From positions 7,831 to 71,830 of the forward strand of contig JBJEXW010000037.1 of the NCBI GenBank assembly GCA_051886195.1: a DNA stretch of 64,000 bases, written 5' to 3'. Shown piece by piece: positions 39,854-48,389 of this stretch. The first letter of the stretch is position 1, and each line of letters starts with the position of its first letter. The position numbers and the translations under genes were made by a program. The stretch is from Clostridia bacterium. Lineage in GTDB: Bacteria; Bacillota; Clostridia; TANB77; CAG-465. The notes beneath the pieces are model-generated. The model did not search any database, had not been told where the DNA came from, and saw only the letters and a program-made list of their open reading frames with translations.

Positions 39854-39903
39854 TATTTTAGTAAATAAGAAAATATAAAAGAGTAGTTAATTTGGGAGAG
39901 ATT

Positions 39904-40683
39904 ATGGAATATGTAATGACAAAAGAAAAATATATATCAATTGCAATTATTTTAATTGGAGCAGTTATATATATTATTTCAAGAAAAATAATAAAAAAAT
40001 TTATAACAAAAAATGAAAAAAATGCAAAATTAAGTAAAAAGAAGAATACATATTTAAGATTATTTAATAATATTTTGAAATATTTATTATTAATTATAGT
40101 CTTAGTGCTAGTTTTACAGATTAATGGAGTGAATGTAACTTCAATTATAGCAAGTTTAGGATTAATATCAATAATTGCAGGATTTGCTCTTCAAGATGCA
40201 TTAAAAGATATAATAATGGGTATAAATATTGTTATTGATGATTACTTTTCAGTAGGAGATGTATTAAAAATAGGAGAGGTTGAAGGAAAAGTGTTAGAGG
40301 TAGGATTAAAAACTACTAGAATGAAAGACATAAATAATGGAAATATTTTTGTTATTTCAAATAGAAATATGAGTGAAGCACTTAATATATCTGATCAATT
40401 GGATATAGACATTCCTATTCCATACGAAGAGCAAATAACAAAAATAGAAGAAATTATAAATACTATAATAGAAGAAATTTTAAAAGTATCAAACGTTCTA
40501 AGTGCTGAATATAAGGGATTAAATGAGTTTGCAGATTCAGCTATATATTACAAAATAAGGATTTTTTGTAAGCCAGAATTTAAACCTCAAGTAAAAAGAG
40601 AAGCAAATAGAATAATTAAACTTGAGCTGGATAAGAACAATATTGAAATACCATATAGACAGATAGACATACATAATAAATAG
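39904..40683 (+). CDS. small-conductance mechanosensitive channel (MscS family)
   Basis: TM helices followed by FALQDALKDIIMG...FSVGDVLKIGEVEGKVLEVGLKTTRM. The ATG at 39904 follows GGAG. Confidence 0.8.
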   Translation: MEYVMTKEKYISIAIILIGAVIYIISRKIIKKFITKNEKNAKLSKKKNTYLRLFNNILKYLLLIIVLVLVLQINGVNVTSIIASLGLISIIAGFALQDALKDIIMGINIVIDDYFSVGDVLKIGEVEGKVLEVGLKTTRMKDINNGNIFVISNRNMSEALNISDQLDIDIPIPYEEQITKIEEIINTIIEEILKVSNVLSAEYKGLNEFADSAIYYKIRIFCKPEFKPQVKREANRIIKLELDKNNIEIPYRQIDIHNK

Positions 40684-40697
40684 ATAGGAGGAAAAAT

Positions 40698-41177
40698 ATG
40701 GATGGAATAAATGAAATTGCTATGAAAAAAGCAATTGAAGAATCTAAATATAATATAAGAAATAGCTATACAAAAGGTGGGCCATTTGGTGCAGTAATAG
40801 TTAAAGATGGAAAAATTATTAGTTTTGCACATAATACAGTAATTAAGAAAAATGATCCAACAGCACACGCTGAAATTAATGCTATAAGAAAAGCATCGAA
40901 AAAATTAAAAAGTCATAATTTAAGTGGATGTGTGTTATATACAAGTGCTGAGCCTTGTCCTATGTGCTTATCTGCAATTATATGGGCTAATATAAAAGAT
41001 GTATACTATGTTAATGATAAAAAGGATGCTGCAAATATTGGATTTAGAGATGATATGATTTATGAGTACATAAAGGGAAATGAAAGTTCAGTTTTAAGCC
41101 TACATCATGTAGAAGATGAAGATGCCATAAAGGTATTTGATACATTTAAAAAAATAAAAAATAAAGAAATGTATTAA
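40698..41177 (+). CDS. guaD: guanine deaminase (CDA-fold, GuaD-like)
   Basis: GGPFGAVIVKDGKII, HAE zinc motif (PTAHAEINAIR) and PCPMC motif. Length and collinearity resemble B. subtilis GuaD. Confidence 0.75.
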   Translation: MDGINEIAMKKAIEESKYNIRNSYTKGGPFGAVIVKDGKIISFAHNTVIKKNDPTAHAEINAIRKASKKLKSHNLSGCVLYTSAEPCPMCLSAIIWANIKDVYYVNDKKDAANIGFRDDMIYEYIKGNESSVLSLHHVEDEDAIKVFDTFKKIKNKEMY

Positions 41178-41327
41178 TATTTATTTAAGGTATAAAAATT
41201 TTTTTAAGTTAAATAGAAAAAAAGAAAATATTGTAAAAAAGTAAGAAATCTTTAATAACTTTGTAATAAAAAAATAATAAATATTTTTTTACTTAGAGCC
41301 ATCTATGTTTTAAGTAAATTATTACTA

Positions 41328-41357
41328 ATCTGTTGCAATTGCAACAGATTTATTTTT
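41328..41357 (+). terminator. rho-independent terminator
   Basis: Perfect 22-nt palindrome ATCTGTTGCAATTGCAACAGAT followed by TTATTTTT. Confidence 0.8.
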
Positions 41358-41402
41358 GCTAGATACATATAATTAAAGTGACAAAGGGAAGGGGAATATG
41401 AA

Positions 41403-43589
41403 ATGAAGATAGTGAAAAGGGATGGAACAATAGTAGACTATGATTCAGATAAAATTAGAATTGCAATTGGTAAAGCAAATAATGAAGTAAGTAAAAAAGA
41501 GAAAGTTACTAAAGAAGATATAGAAAATATAATAACTTACATTGAGGAATTAAATAAAAAAAGAATATTAGTTGAAGATATTCAAGATATTATTGAAGAA
41601 AAACTAATGGAGCTAGGAAAGTATCAATTAGCTAAAAAATATATTACATATAGATATACTAGAGAATTAGTAAGAAAAGCTAATACTACAGATCAGTCTA
41701 TTAAAGAATTAATAGAAGGAGAGAGCGAATATTGGAATAGTGAAAATTCAAATAAAAATGCCCAAGTAGTAACTACACAAAGAGATTACTTAGCAGGAAT
41801 TACAAGTACAGACATAACTAGAAGATTTTTATTACCAGAAGATGTAGTTAAAGCTCATGATGAAGGAATTATACATTTTCATGATGCAGACTATTTTGCA
41901 CAAAACGCATTAACAAATTGTGAATTAATTAATTTAGATGATATGTTACAAAATGGTACAATTATGAATGGCGTTATGATTGAAAAGCCACATAGATTCA
42001 TAACAGCATGTACAATTGCTACACAAATAATACTTGCAGTTACTTCATCAACTTATGGTGGTGCAACAGTATCACTATCTCATTTAGCACCTTTTGTAAG
42101 AAGTAGTTATGATAAATATTATAATAAATATAAATCAAGAGGATTAAAAGAATCTGATTGTAAAGCTTTTGCTGAACAAGATACAAGAAAAGAAGTATCA
42201 GATGGTGTTCAAACATTTAATTATCAAGTTAACTCTATGACTAATACAAATGGTCAAGCACCATTCTTATCTGTTTGTATGTATTTAGGAGAAACAGATG
42301 AGTATAAAGATGAGTTAGCAATGATTATTGAAGAATTTTTAAATCAAAGAATAATGGGATTTAAAAATGAAAAAGGAATATATATTACACCTGCATTTCC
42401 AAAATTATTATATGTTTTGGAAGAGGACAATATTAGAGAAGGTAGCAAATATTGGTATTTGACACAACTTGCTGCAAAATGTACAGCTAAAAGAATGGTT
42501 CCAGATTATATTTCAGAAAAGATGATGAAGAAATTAAAGAAAAATGAAAAAGGAGAAGGAGATTGCTATCCATGTATGGGTTGTCGTTCATTCCTTACTC
42601 CAGATAGAACAATGAGCCTTGGAAATATTTCAAAAGCTAAAGATTATGTTGAAGGAAAATCTAAATATTATGGTAGATTTAATCAAGGCGTTGTTACAAT
42701 TAACTTAGTAGATGTTGCTTTGTCATCAAAAGGAGATTTAGATAAGTTCTGGAAAATATATGAGGAAAGGCTTGAACTTTGTCATAGAGCATTGCAGCTA
42801 AGACATGAGAGACTTTCAAGAGTAAAAAGTGATGTTGCACCTATTTTATGGCAATATGGTGCGCTTGCAAGATTAGAAAAAGGAGAGTCAATTCATGAAT
42901 TATTACATCATGGATATTCAACAATCTCATTAGGATATGCTGGTCTTTATGAATGTGTAAAATATATGACTGGACATAGTCATACTGGTGAAGGAAAAGA
43001 ATTTGGACTTCAAGTAATGCAAAAATTAAATGATAAATGTGCAGAGTGGAAAGCAGCTGAAGATATAGATTATAGTGTATATGGAACACCAATTGAATCT
43101 ACAACATATAAATTTGCTAAATGTTTAAGAGAAAGATTTGGCATTATTAAGGGAATTACAGATAGAAATTATATAACTAATTCTTATCACGTACCTGTAT
43201 TTGAAGAAATTGATGCATTTTCTAAATTAAAGCTTGAAAGTGAATTCCAAGTACTTAGTCCAGGAGGTGCTATATCATACATAGAAACACCAAATTTACA
43301 AGATAATTTAGAGGTTGTTTTGCAGGTAATTCAATTTATATATGATAATATAATGTATGCAGAGCTAAATACTAAATCAGATTATTGCCAAAAATGTGGA
43401 TTTGATGGTGAAATATTAATTGATGAAAATTTAGAATGGTATTGTCCAAACTGTGGAAATAGAGATCACAATACTTTAAATGTTGCAAGAAGAACTTGTG
43501 GATATATTGGAAGTAATTTCTGGAATAAAGGAAGAACACAAGAGATAAAAGAGAGAGTATTACATATTGATAACAAAGACGATGAATAG
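41403..43589 (+). CDS. nrdD: anaerobic ribonucleoside-triphosphate reductase
   Basis: 728 aa. N-terminal ATP-cone, C-terminal Zn ribbon CQKCG...CPNCG, and glycyl-radical motif RRTCGYIG. Confidence 0.95.
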   Translation: MKIVKRDGTIVDYDSDKIRIAIGKANNEVSKKEKVTKEDIENIITYIEELNKKRILVEDIQDIIEEKLMELGKYQLAKKYITYRYTRELVRKANTTDQSIKELIEGESEYWNSENSNKNAQVVTTQRDYLAGITSTDITRRFLLPEDVVKAHDEGIIHFHDADYFAQNALTNCELINLDDMLQNGTIMNGVMIEKPHRFITACTIATQIILAVTSSTYGGATVSLSHLAPFVRSSYDKYYNKYKSRGLKESDCKAFAEQDTRKEVSDGVQTFNYQVNSMTNTNGQAPFLSVCMYLGETDEYKDELAMIIEEFLNQRIMGFKNEKGIYITPAFPKLLYVLEEDNIREGSKYWYLTQLAAKCTAKRMVPDYISEKMMKKLKKNEKGEGDCYPCMGCRSFLTPDRTMSLGNISKAKDYVEGKSKYYGRFNQGVVTINLVDVALSSKGDLDKFWKIYEERLELCHRALQLRHERLSRVKSDVAPILWQYGALARLEKGESIHELLHHGYSTISLGYAGLYECVKYMTGHSHTGEGKEFGLQVMQKLNDKCAEWKAAEDIDYSVYGTPIESTTYKFAKCLRERFGIIKGITDRNYITNSYHVPVFEEIDAFSKLKLESEFQVLSPGGAISYIETPNLQDNLEVVLQVIQFIYDNIMYAELNTKSDYCQKCGFDGEILIDENLEWYCPNCGNRDHNTLNVARRTCGYIGSNFWNKGRTQEIKERVLHIDNKDDE

Positions 43590-43600
43590 AGGCGGATATA

Positions 43601-44092
43601 ATGAGGTACAATAAAGTTAGAAAAATGGATATATCAAATGGACCTGGGGTTAGAGTATCTATATTTATGCAAGGATGTACTTTTAATTGTAAAAATTGTT
43701 TTAATCCTGAAACTCATGATTTTAAATGTGGCAAAGAATTTAGTGATGAAACTATAAATAGAGTATTAGAATTATGTGATAACGAAAATGTTGAAGGATT
43801 ATCTATTCTTGGCGGTGAGCCAATGCATCCTATTAATATAGATGGAACTACAAGACTTGCAAAAGCTTTTAAAGAGAAATTTCCAAATAAAACAATATGG
43901 GCTTGGTCAGGATTTAAATTTGATAGAGACTTGAAAGGTAAAGAAGTTTTAAATTATTTAGATGTCCTAGTAGATGGACAATATGTCGATGAGCTAAGAA
44001 ATCCTAGATTAAAATGGAGAGGTTCTGAAAATCAAAGAGTAATAGATGTAAAAAAGAGTCTATCAAATAATAGTATTGTTACATTTGAATAG
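43601..44092 (+). CDS. nrdG: anaerobic ribonucleotide reductase activating protein (radical SAM)
   Basis: DISNGPGVRVSIFMQGCTFNCKNCFN (CX3CX2C). Length is 163 aa, directly after nrdD. Confidence 0.9.
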   Translation: MRYNKVRKMDISNGPGVRVSIFMQGCTFNCKNCFNPETHDFKCGKEFSDETINRVLELCDNENVEGLSILGGEPMHPINIDGTTRLAKAFKEKFPNKTIWAWSGFKFDRDLKGKEVLNYLDVLVDGQYVDELRNPRLKWRGSENQRVIDVKKSLSNNSIVTFE

Positions 44093-44099
44093 TTTTTTG

Positions 44100-44135
44100 A
44101 AGTGGTAAGTAATAATAATCTACTTATCACTTTTT
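44100..44135 (+). terminator. rho-independent terminator of nrdDG
   Basis: Stem AAGTGGTAAGTA / TACTTATCACTT (one G-T pair) followed by a T run. Confidence 0.75.
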
Positions 44136-44194
44136 AATTTACAAAATCATATTTTTTTGCTAAAATATAAGTGATTTTAGGAGCATATAATTTT

Positions 44195-44740
44195 ATGAAT
44201 GAAAACTTGAAGATTGAAAAATTTAGAATTAAATATTTAAAGGAAGTAAAAAGAATATACAATGAGGCTTTTCCCATAGAAGAGAGAATGTCTTTAAAAT
44301 TATTAATTTTAAATTTGATTAGAAAATGCGAACTATATGTTTTATTTGAAAATAGTAAGATAAGTGGCTTTACTTATTTAATAAACCATAAAGATATGAC
44401 TTTTATATTGTATCTAGCAATAGACAAAAATAAGAGGGGAAAAGGCTATGGTGGATATATATTAGATTGGTGTAGTAGATACAAAAAAGATAAAGTTATT
44501 TATTTAAATATAGATGAGCTTAATGATAAATTTAGTGATATAGAAATACGAAAAAAAAGACTTAAATTTTACACTTTGCATTCTTTTAAATTGACAGATT
44601 ATTTAAGTGTAGAAGAAAAATGCAATTTTAATATTTTAGTAAAAAATGGAGAATTTGATTATAATAACTATATAAAATTAGACGAAAGAATTGCTAAAAT
44701 CTTCTTTGATAAAAAATCTAATATTAAAAAAATAACGTAA
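44195..44740 (+). CDS. GNAT-family N-acetyltransferase
   Basis: Acetyl-CoA pocket pattern LAIDKNKRGKGYGGYIL. The ATG at 44195 is preferred over the GTG at 44171. Confidence 0.6.
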   Translation: MNENLKIEKFRIKYLKEVKRIYNEAFPIEERMSLKLLILNLIRKCELYVLFENSKISGFTYLINHKDMTFILYLAIDKNKRGKGYGGYILDWCSRYKKDKVIYLNIDELNDKFSDIEIRKKRLKFYTLHSFKLTDYLSVEEKCNFNILVKNGEFDYNNYIKLDERIAKIFFDKKSNIKKIT

Positions 44741-44746
44741 AATACT

Positions 44747-44776
44747 TTGACTTTTTATATAAAAATGTGATATAAG
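44747..44776 (+). promoter_or_regulatory. sigma-A-type promoter ahead of a structured leader
   Basis: TTGACT (44747-44752), 18-nt spacer, TGaTATAAG extended -10 (44768-44776). Confidence 0.45.
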
Positions 44777-44792
44777 AATATAGACATTTATG

Positions 44793-44880
44793 ACACATGT
44801 AGTGCATTTGCACGTAAATCTGATTACAGAATATATGTTGGTTAAGATTTACTATGCAAATTTACTATATGTGTTTTTTA
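44793..44880 (+). promoter_or_regulatory. structured 5' leader (three-helix fold closed by a helix followed by a T run)
   Basis: Outer helix ACACATGTAG (44793-44802) / CTATATGTGT (44865-44874) followed by T5. Inner hairpins are GTGC-ATTT-GCAC (44802-44813) and GTAAATCT (44814-44821) / AGATTTAC (44845-44852). The duplicated ATTTACTAT (44847-44855 and 44859-44867) offers an alternative pairing. Confidence 0.35.
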
Positions 44881-44912
44881 TTGTCAAATTTTATAGAAAG
44901 GAGAAAAAAGAT

Positions 44913-45500
44913 ATGCCAAAAAATCAATTTCAAAGAATGATTTTTGCTTTAATTACAGTTATTATAACAGTACATGCTTATGTATTTTATAGTTTGTACG
45001 TTGTAAATGGTACAACTTTAATGGAGCTAACTGGAAAGGAAAGCGTTATAGAAGCTATTAATGCTCAAGGTGGAGTATACATGTTTGGAAAAATGTTTCC
45101 TATTTTGGGTGTTATTTTAATTGAATTCTGTTTTGCATACATATTAGAAATTTTAATAGGAAGTCCACTTTCATTTAAACTTGTGTCAAAAATTTTTAAT
45201 ATTAAGCAAACACATCCAGTTATTTTTGAAACAGCAATAATTTGTGCAACTGTTGGTATAATGTGTCCTGCAATGAGCTTTATTGCATCAATAATGTATT
45301 ATCCTTACTATTCAGGATTTAATTTATTCACTCTACTAGCAAATTGGTTAAAGCTAGTATGCTTTAATTTTCCATTTGCATATTTTACACAATTATTCTT
45401 AATTCAGCCACTTGTTAGAACTATATTTAAATTATTATTTAAAAATGAATCTTTAAATGATAATAAAGAAGAATGTGAGAAAGAAAAAGTAGTTGCTTAA
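44913..45500 (+). CDS. DUF2798-like membrane protein
   Basis: The ATG at 44913 follows AAGGAGAAAAAAGAT. The protein starts MPKNQFQRMIFAL and ends NFPFAYFTQLFLIQPLVRTIFKLLF, matching the DUF2798 pattern. The track 5' extension from 44790 reads through the leader and is unlikely to be real. Confidence 0.55.
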   Translation: MPKNQFQRMIFALITVIITVHAYVFYSLYVVNGTTLMELTGKESVIEAINAQGGVYMFGKMFPILGVILIEFCFAYILEILIGSPLSFKLVSKIFNIKQTHPVIFETAIICATVGIMCPAMSFIASIMYYPYYSGFNLFTLLANWLKLVCFNFPFAYFTQLFLIQPLVRTIFKLLFKNESLNDNKEECEKEKVVA

Positions 45501-45510
45501 AAAATTGTTA

Positions 45511-45545
45511 AAGTAGGTAAATTATTGTAAATTACCTACTTTTAT
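45511..45545 (+). terminator. rho-independent terminator
   Basis: Stem AAGTAGGTAA / TTACCTACTT followed by TTTAT. Confidence 0.7.
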
Positions 45546-45578
45546 GCTAATATATATTATATATTGAGGAGGATTTTT

Positions 45579-46100
45579 ATGAATTTTTTAGAACTTGCTA
45601 AATCAAGGTATTCATGTAGAAGTTTTTCAAATAGAGAAGTTGAAACAGAAAAAATAAAGAAAATTTTAGAAGCAGGAAGAGTAGCTCCAACAGCAGTAAA
45701 TTATCAACCTCAAAGAGTATTAGTTATACAGGATAAAGAAAAATTAGATAAGTTGAGTGAATGTACAAGATATGGATGGAATGCTCCTTTAATTATGATC
45801 ATCTGCTATGATAAAAATATATCATGGAAAAGAAAGTATGATAATAAAGATGAAGGAATTGTAGATGCAAGTATTGTAACGACACATATGATGCTTGAAG
45901 CATATAGTCTTGGACTAGGAACAACATGGATAGGAGCTTTTAATCCTGATATGGTGAGAAAATTATATAATATTCCAGATAACTTTGAAATAGTAGCATT
46001 ATTACCTATTGGATATCCTTCTAATGATGCCACTCCAAGCGCTATGCATGAAAAACGAAATTCAATTGAAGAAATGGTATATTGGAATGAAATAAAATAG
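45579..46100 (+). CDS. nitroreductase family protein
   Basis: RYSCRSF motif near the N-terminus and SLGLGTTWIGAF. The ATG at 45579 lies 7 nt after GAGGAGG. Confidence 0.85.
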   Translation: MNFLELAKSRYSCRSFSNREVETEKIKKILEAGRVAPTAVNYQPQRVLVIQDKEKLDKLSECTRYGWNAPLIMIICYDKNISWKRKYDNKDEGIVDASIVTTHMMLEAYSLGLGTTWIGAFNPDMVRKLYNIPDNFEIVALLPIGYPSNDATPSAMHEKRNSIEEMVYWNEIK

Positions 46101-46115
46101 AAGAAGGGATGCAAT

Positions 46116-47624
46116 ATGAAAAATATAATAGGAAGAGCAATAGCAATAATTCCTGCATTAATACTACAAATATTATTTTTTGTTTTAGTAAATAATTTTT
46201 TAGATAAATATGCAACAATAATATATTGTACATTAGTTATTTTAGCTTTTTTATTTGTATTATATGTTATGAATAAGAGAGATGAAGCTACATATAAAGT
46301 TCTATGGATACTAGTAATTACGACGCTACCAATTTTAGGTACAATATTATATTTATTTTTTGGAAACCAAAAAACAAGTAGAGGATTAAAAAAAGCATTA
46401 AGTAGTTCAAAAGGAAAAATTAATTATACGTTTAGTAATGATCAAAAGGCTTTAGATAAAATAAAAAATGAAGATATTAGAATGTTCGAGTCTATTGATA
46501 GTTATTCTAAGTTAACAGGTTTTCCAATTATGTCAAACGAATCAGTAAAGTATTACTCGTTAGGTGATGAAATGTTTCCTGATATGATTGAAGAGCTAAA
46601 GAAAGCAAAAAAATATATTTTTTTGGAATATTTTATTATTGAAAAAGGGAAATTTTGGAATACAATAGTAGAAATTTTAGAAGAAAAAGTAAAGGAAAAT
46701 GTTGATGTAAGAGTAATATATGATGATATAGGAAGTATAGCTACACATTCATTTAAAGAGACAAAAGAGTTGAGAAAAAAAGGAATACATTGTATACCAT
46801 TTAATCCTTTATTTTTTATTAATGGAGTATTAAATAATCGTGATCATAGGAAGATGACTATTATTGATGGAAAAGTTGTATTTAGTGGTGGAATAAATAT
46901 TGCAGATGAATATATAAATAAGTTTGAAAAACACGGACATTGGAAAGATATTGGATTTAAATTATCTGGAGAAAGTGTTAAAAGTTATACATATATGTTT
47001 ATTGAGTTTTGGAATGCTTTTTCAAAAAATAAAATAAATAGTGATATTTTAAATGAAGAACATATTAATAATGATGAAGATGGAATAGTATTCTCATATT
47101 ATGATTCACCAGCAAATAAAGTACATGTTAGTTATGATTTATATATAGATTTAATGTCACAAGCAAAAGATTATATCTGGTTTTATACCCCTTATTTAAT
47201 TTTAGGAGATGCTTTTATTGACACTTTAATACGAACAGCTAGAAGGGGTGTAGATGTAAGAATAATTGTTCCTGGCATACCAGATAAAAAAATTGTATAT
47301 AAAATGACGAAAAGTTTTTATGAAGTTTTAATTGAAAATGGAGTAAAAATATATGAATATAATCCGGGATTTGTTCATGCTAAAGCTTGTATTGTTGATG
47401 ATAAGGTATGTACAATTGGAACAGTAAATTTAGATTATAGAAGCTTATTTTTGCATTTTGAGTGCAATTCTTTATTCTATAATTCTACAATTTTACAAAA
47501 TTTAAAGAATGATTATTTAAAAACGCAAGAAAAGTGTAATAAAATAGAGAAAAAAGATATAAGAAAGGGAATTATTCATAGAATACTAAATGGTATTTTA
47601 AGAATATTTGCGCCATTATGTTAA
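46116..47624 (+). CDS. cls: cardiolipin synthase
   Basis: Two N-terminal TM helices and two HKD motifs (HRKMTIIDGKVVFSGGINI and HAKACIVDDKVCTIGTVNLD). Confidence 0.9.
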   Translation: MKNIIGRAIAIIPALILQILFFVLVNNFLDKYATIIYCTLVILAFLFVLYVMNKRDEATYKVLWILVITTLPILGTILYLFFGNQKTSRGLKKALSSSKGKINYTFSNDQKALDKIKNEDIRMFESIDSYSKLTGFPIMSNESVKYYSLGDEMFPDMIEELKKAKKYIFLEYFIIEKGKFWNTIVEILEEKVKENVDVRVIYDDIGSIATHSFKETKELRKKGIHCIPFNPLFFINGVLNNRDHRKMTIIDGKVVFSGGINIADEYINKFEKHGHWKDIGFKLSGESVKSYTYMFIEFWNAFSKNKINSDILNEEHINNDEDGIVFSYYDSPANKVHVSYDLYIDLMSQAKDYIWFYTPYLILGDAFIDTLIRTARRGVDVRIIVPGIPDKKIVYKMTKSFYEVLIENGVKIYEYNPGFVHAKACIVDDKVCTIGTVNLDYRSLFLHFECNSLFYNSTILQNLKNDYLKTQEKCNKIEKKDIRKGIIHRILNGILRIFAPLC

Positions 47625-47636
47625 AATTGTAATTTA

Positions 47637-47664
47637 AGTAGATAAAAATTTATCTACTTTTTTT
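47637..47664 (+). terminator. rho-independent terminator of cls
   Basis: Stem AGTAGATA / TATCTACT followed by T7. Confidence 0.7.
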
Positions 47665-47683
47665 ATATTTTATTAAAAAAATA

Positions 47684-47713
47684 TTGACAATTGAATGAGT
47701 ATTCAATTATAAT
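47684..47713 (+). promoter_or_regulatory. sigma-A-type promoter of the cadC operon
   Basis: TTGACA (47684-47689), 18-nt spacer, TATAAT (47708-47713). The spacer is occupied by operator O1. Confidence 0.6.
47691..47706 (+). promoter_or_regulatory. candidate ArsR/SmtB operator O1
   Basis: Inverted repeat TTGAAT-GAGT-ATTCAA between the -35 and -10 elements. Confidence 0.55.
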
Positions 47714-47724
47714 GTAATTAATAG

Positions 47725-47740
47725 TTGAATATTTGTTCAA
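47725..47740 (+). promoter_or_regulatory. candidate ArsR/SmtB operator O2
   Basis: Inverted repeat TTGAAtatttgTTCAA just downstream of the -10, with the same half-site as O1. Confidence 0.5.
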
Positions 47741-47774
47741 TTAATAACTATATAAAAAATAATAGGAGGTATAT

Positions 47775-48140
47775 ATGTCTAAAAATGAATTTGTATGTGA
47801 TTGTAATATTATACATCAAGAAGTTGTAGATAATGCATTAAGAGTTATGCCAACTGATGATATATTTTATAAATTAGCAGATTTTTTTAAAGTATTAGGA
47901 GATACAACAAGAGCTAAGATATTATTTGCACTAGATCAAAATGAGATGTGTGTTTGTGATATTGCGAATGTTTTAGGAATGAGTAAATCTTCTATATCTC
48001 ATCAATTAAGTACTTTAAGAAGGTGTGGAATAGTAAAGTGTAGAAAAGAAGGAAAAGAAGTATATTATACATTAGATGATGAGCATGTTAAACAGTCTTT
48101 TGAGGTAGGACTTGAGCATATAGAACATAAAAATAGATAA
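47775..48140 (+). CDS. cadC: ArsR/SmtB-family metal-sensing repressor, CadC-type
   Basis: N-terminal Cys pair (FVCDCN) plus the EMCVCDIANVLG motif and the SISHQLSTLR recognition helix. It is collinear with staphylococcal CadC. Confidence 0.85.
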   Translation: MSKNEFVCDCNIIHQEVVDNALRVMPTDDIFYKLADFFKVLGDTTRAKILFALDQNEMCVCDIANVLGMSKSSISHQLSTLRRCGIVKCRKEGKEVYYTLDDEHVKQSFEVGLEHIEHKNR

Positions 48141-48157
48141 AAGTGGAGGTAAAAATT

Positions 48158-48379
48158 ATGAAAGTTAAATTTAAAATAAAAGGAATTGATTGTGCAAATT
48201 GTGCAGCAGAATTAGAAAGAGCTATACAAAAAATTGATGGAATAGATAGTGCATCATTAAGCTTTATGACAGAGAGACTAGTTCTTGAATTAGATGATGA
48301 AAGAAAAGAAGAAGTATTAGAAAAATTAAAAAAAGTAGTTAAAAAAGAAGAACCAGATGCAACTATATTAGAAATGTAG
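48158..48379 (+). CDS. stand-alone heavy-metal-associated (HMA) domain protein
   Basis: The GIDCANCAAELERAI CxxC motif is of the type normally found at the N-terminus of CadA. The ATG at 48158 lies 7 nt after GGAGG. Confidence 0.8.
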   Translation: MKVKFKIKGIDCANCAAELERAIQKIDGIDSASLSFMTERLVLELDDERKEEVLEKLKKVVKKEEPDATILEM

Positions 48380-48389
48380 GTGATATAAT

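Noticed and set aside
41178-41402. Looked for NrdR boxes or a cobalamin-type riboswitch upstream of nrdD
   Set aside because: I could find no convincing 16-bp acaCwAtATaTwGtgt-like palindrome or conserved riboswitch core. The only strong structure is the terminator at 41328-41357.
44790-44912. ORF-track 5' extension of the DUF2798-like gene. Similar extensions occur at 1849, 15676, 24713, 39892, 44171, 45564, 48143, 50326, 52193, 54050, 54294, 54759, 58288 and 63316.
   Set aside because: In each case an in-frame ATG or TTG further downstream sits 5-10 nt after a GGAGG-like RBS, while the extension has none. Here the extension also reads through a structured leader.
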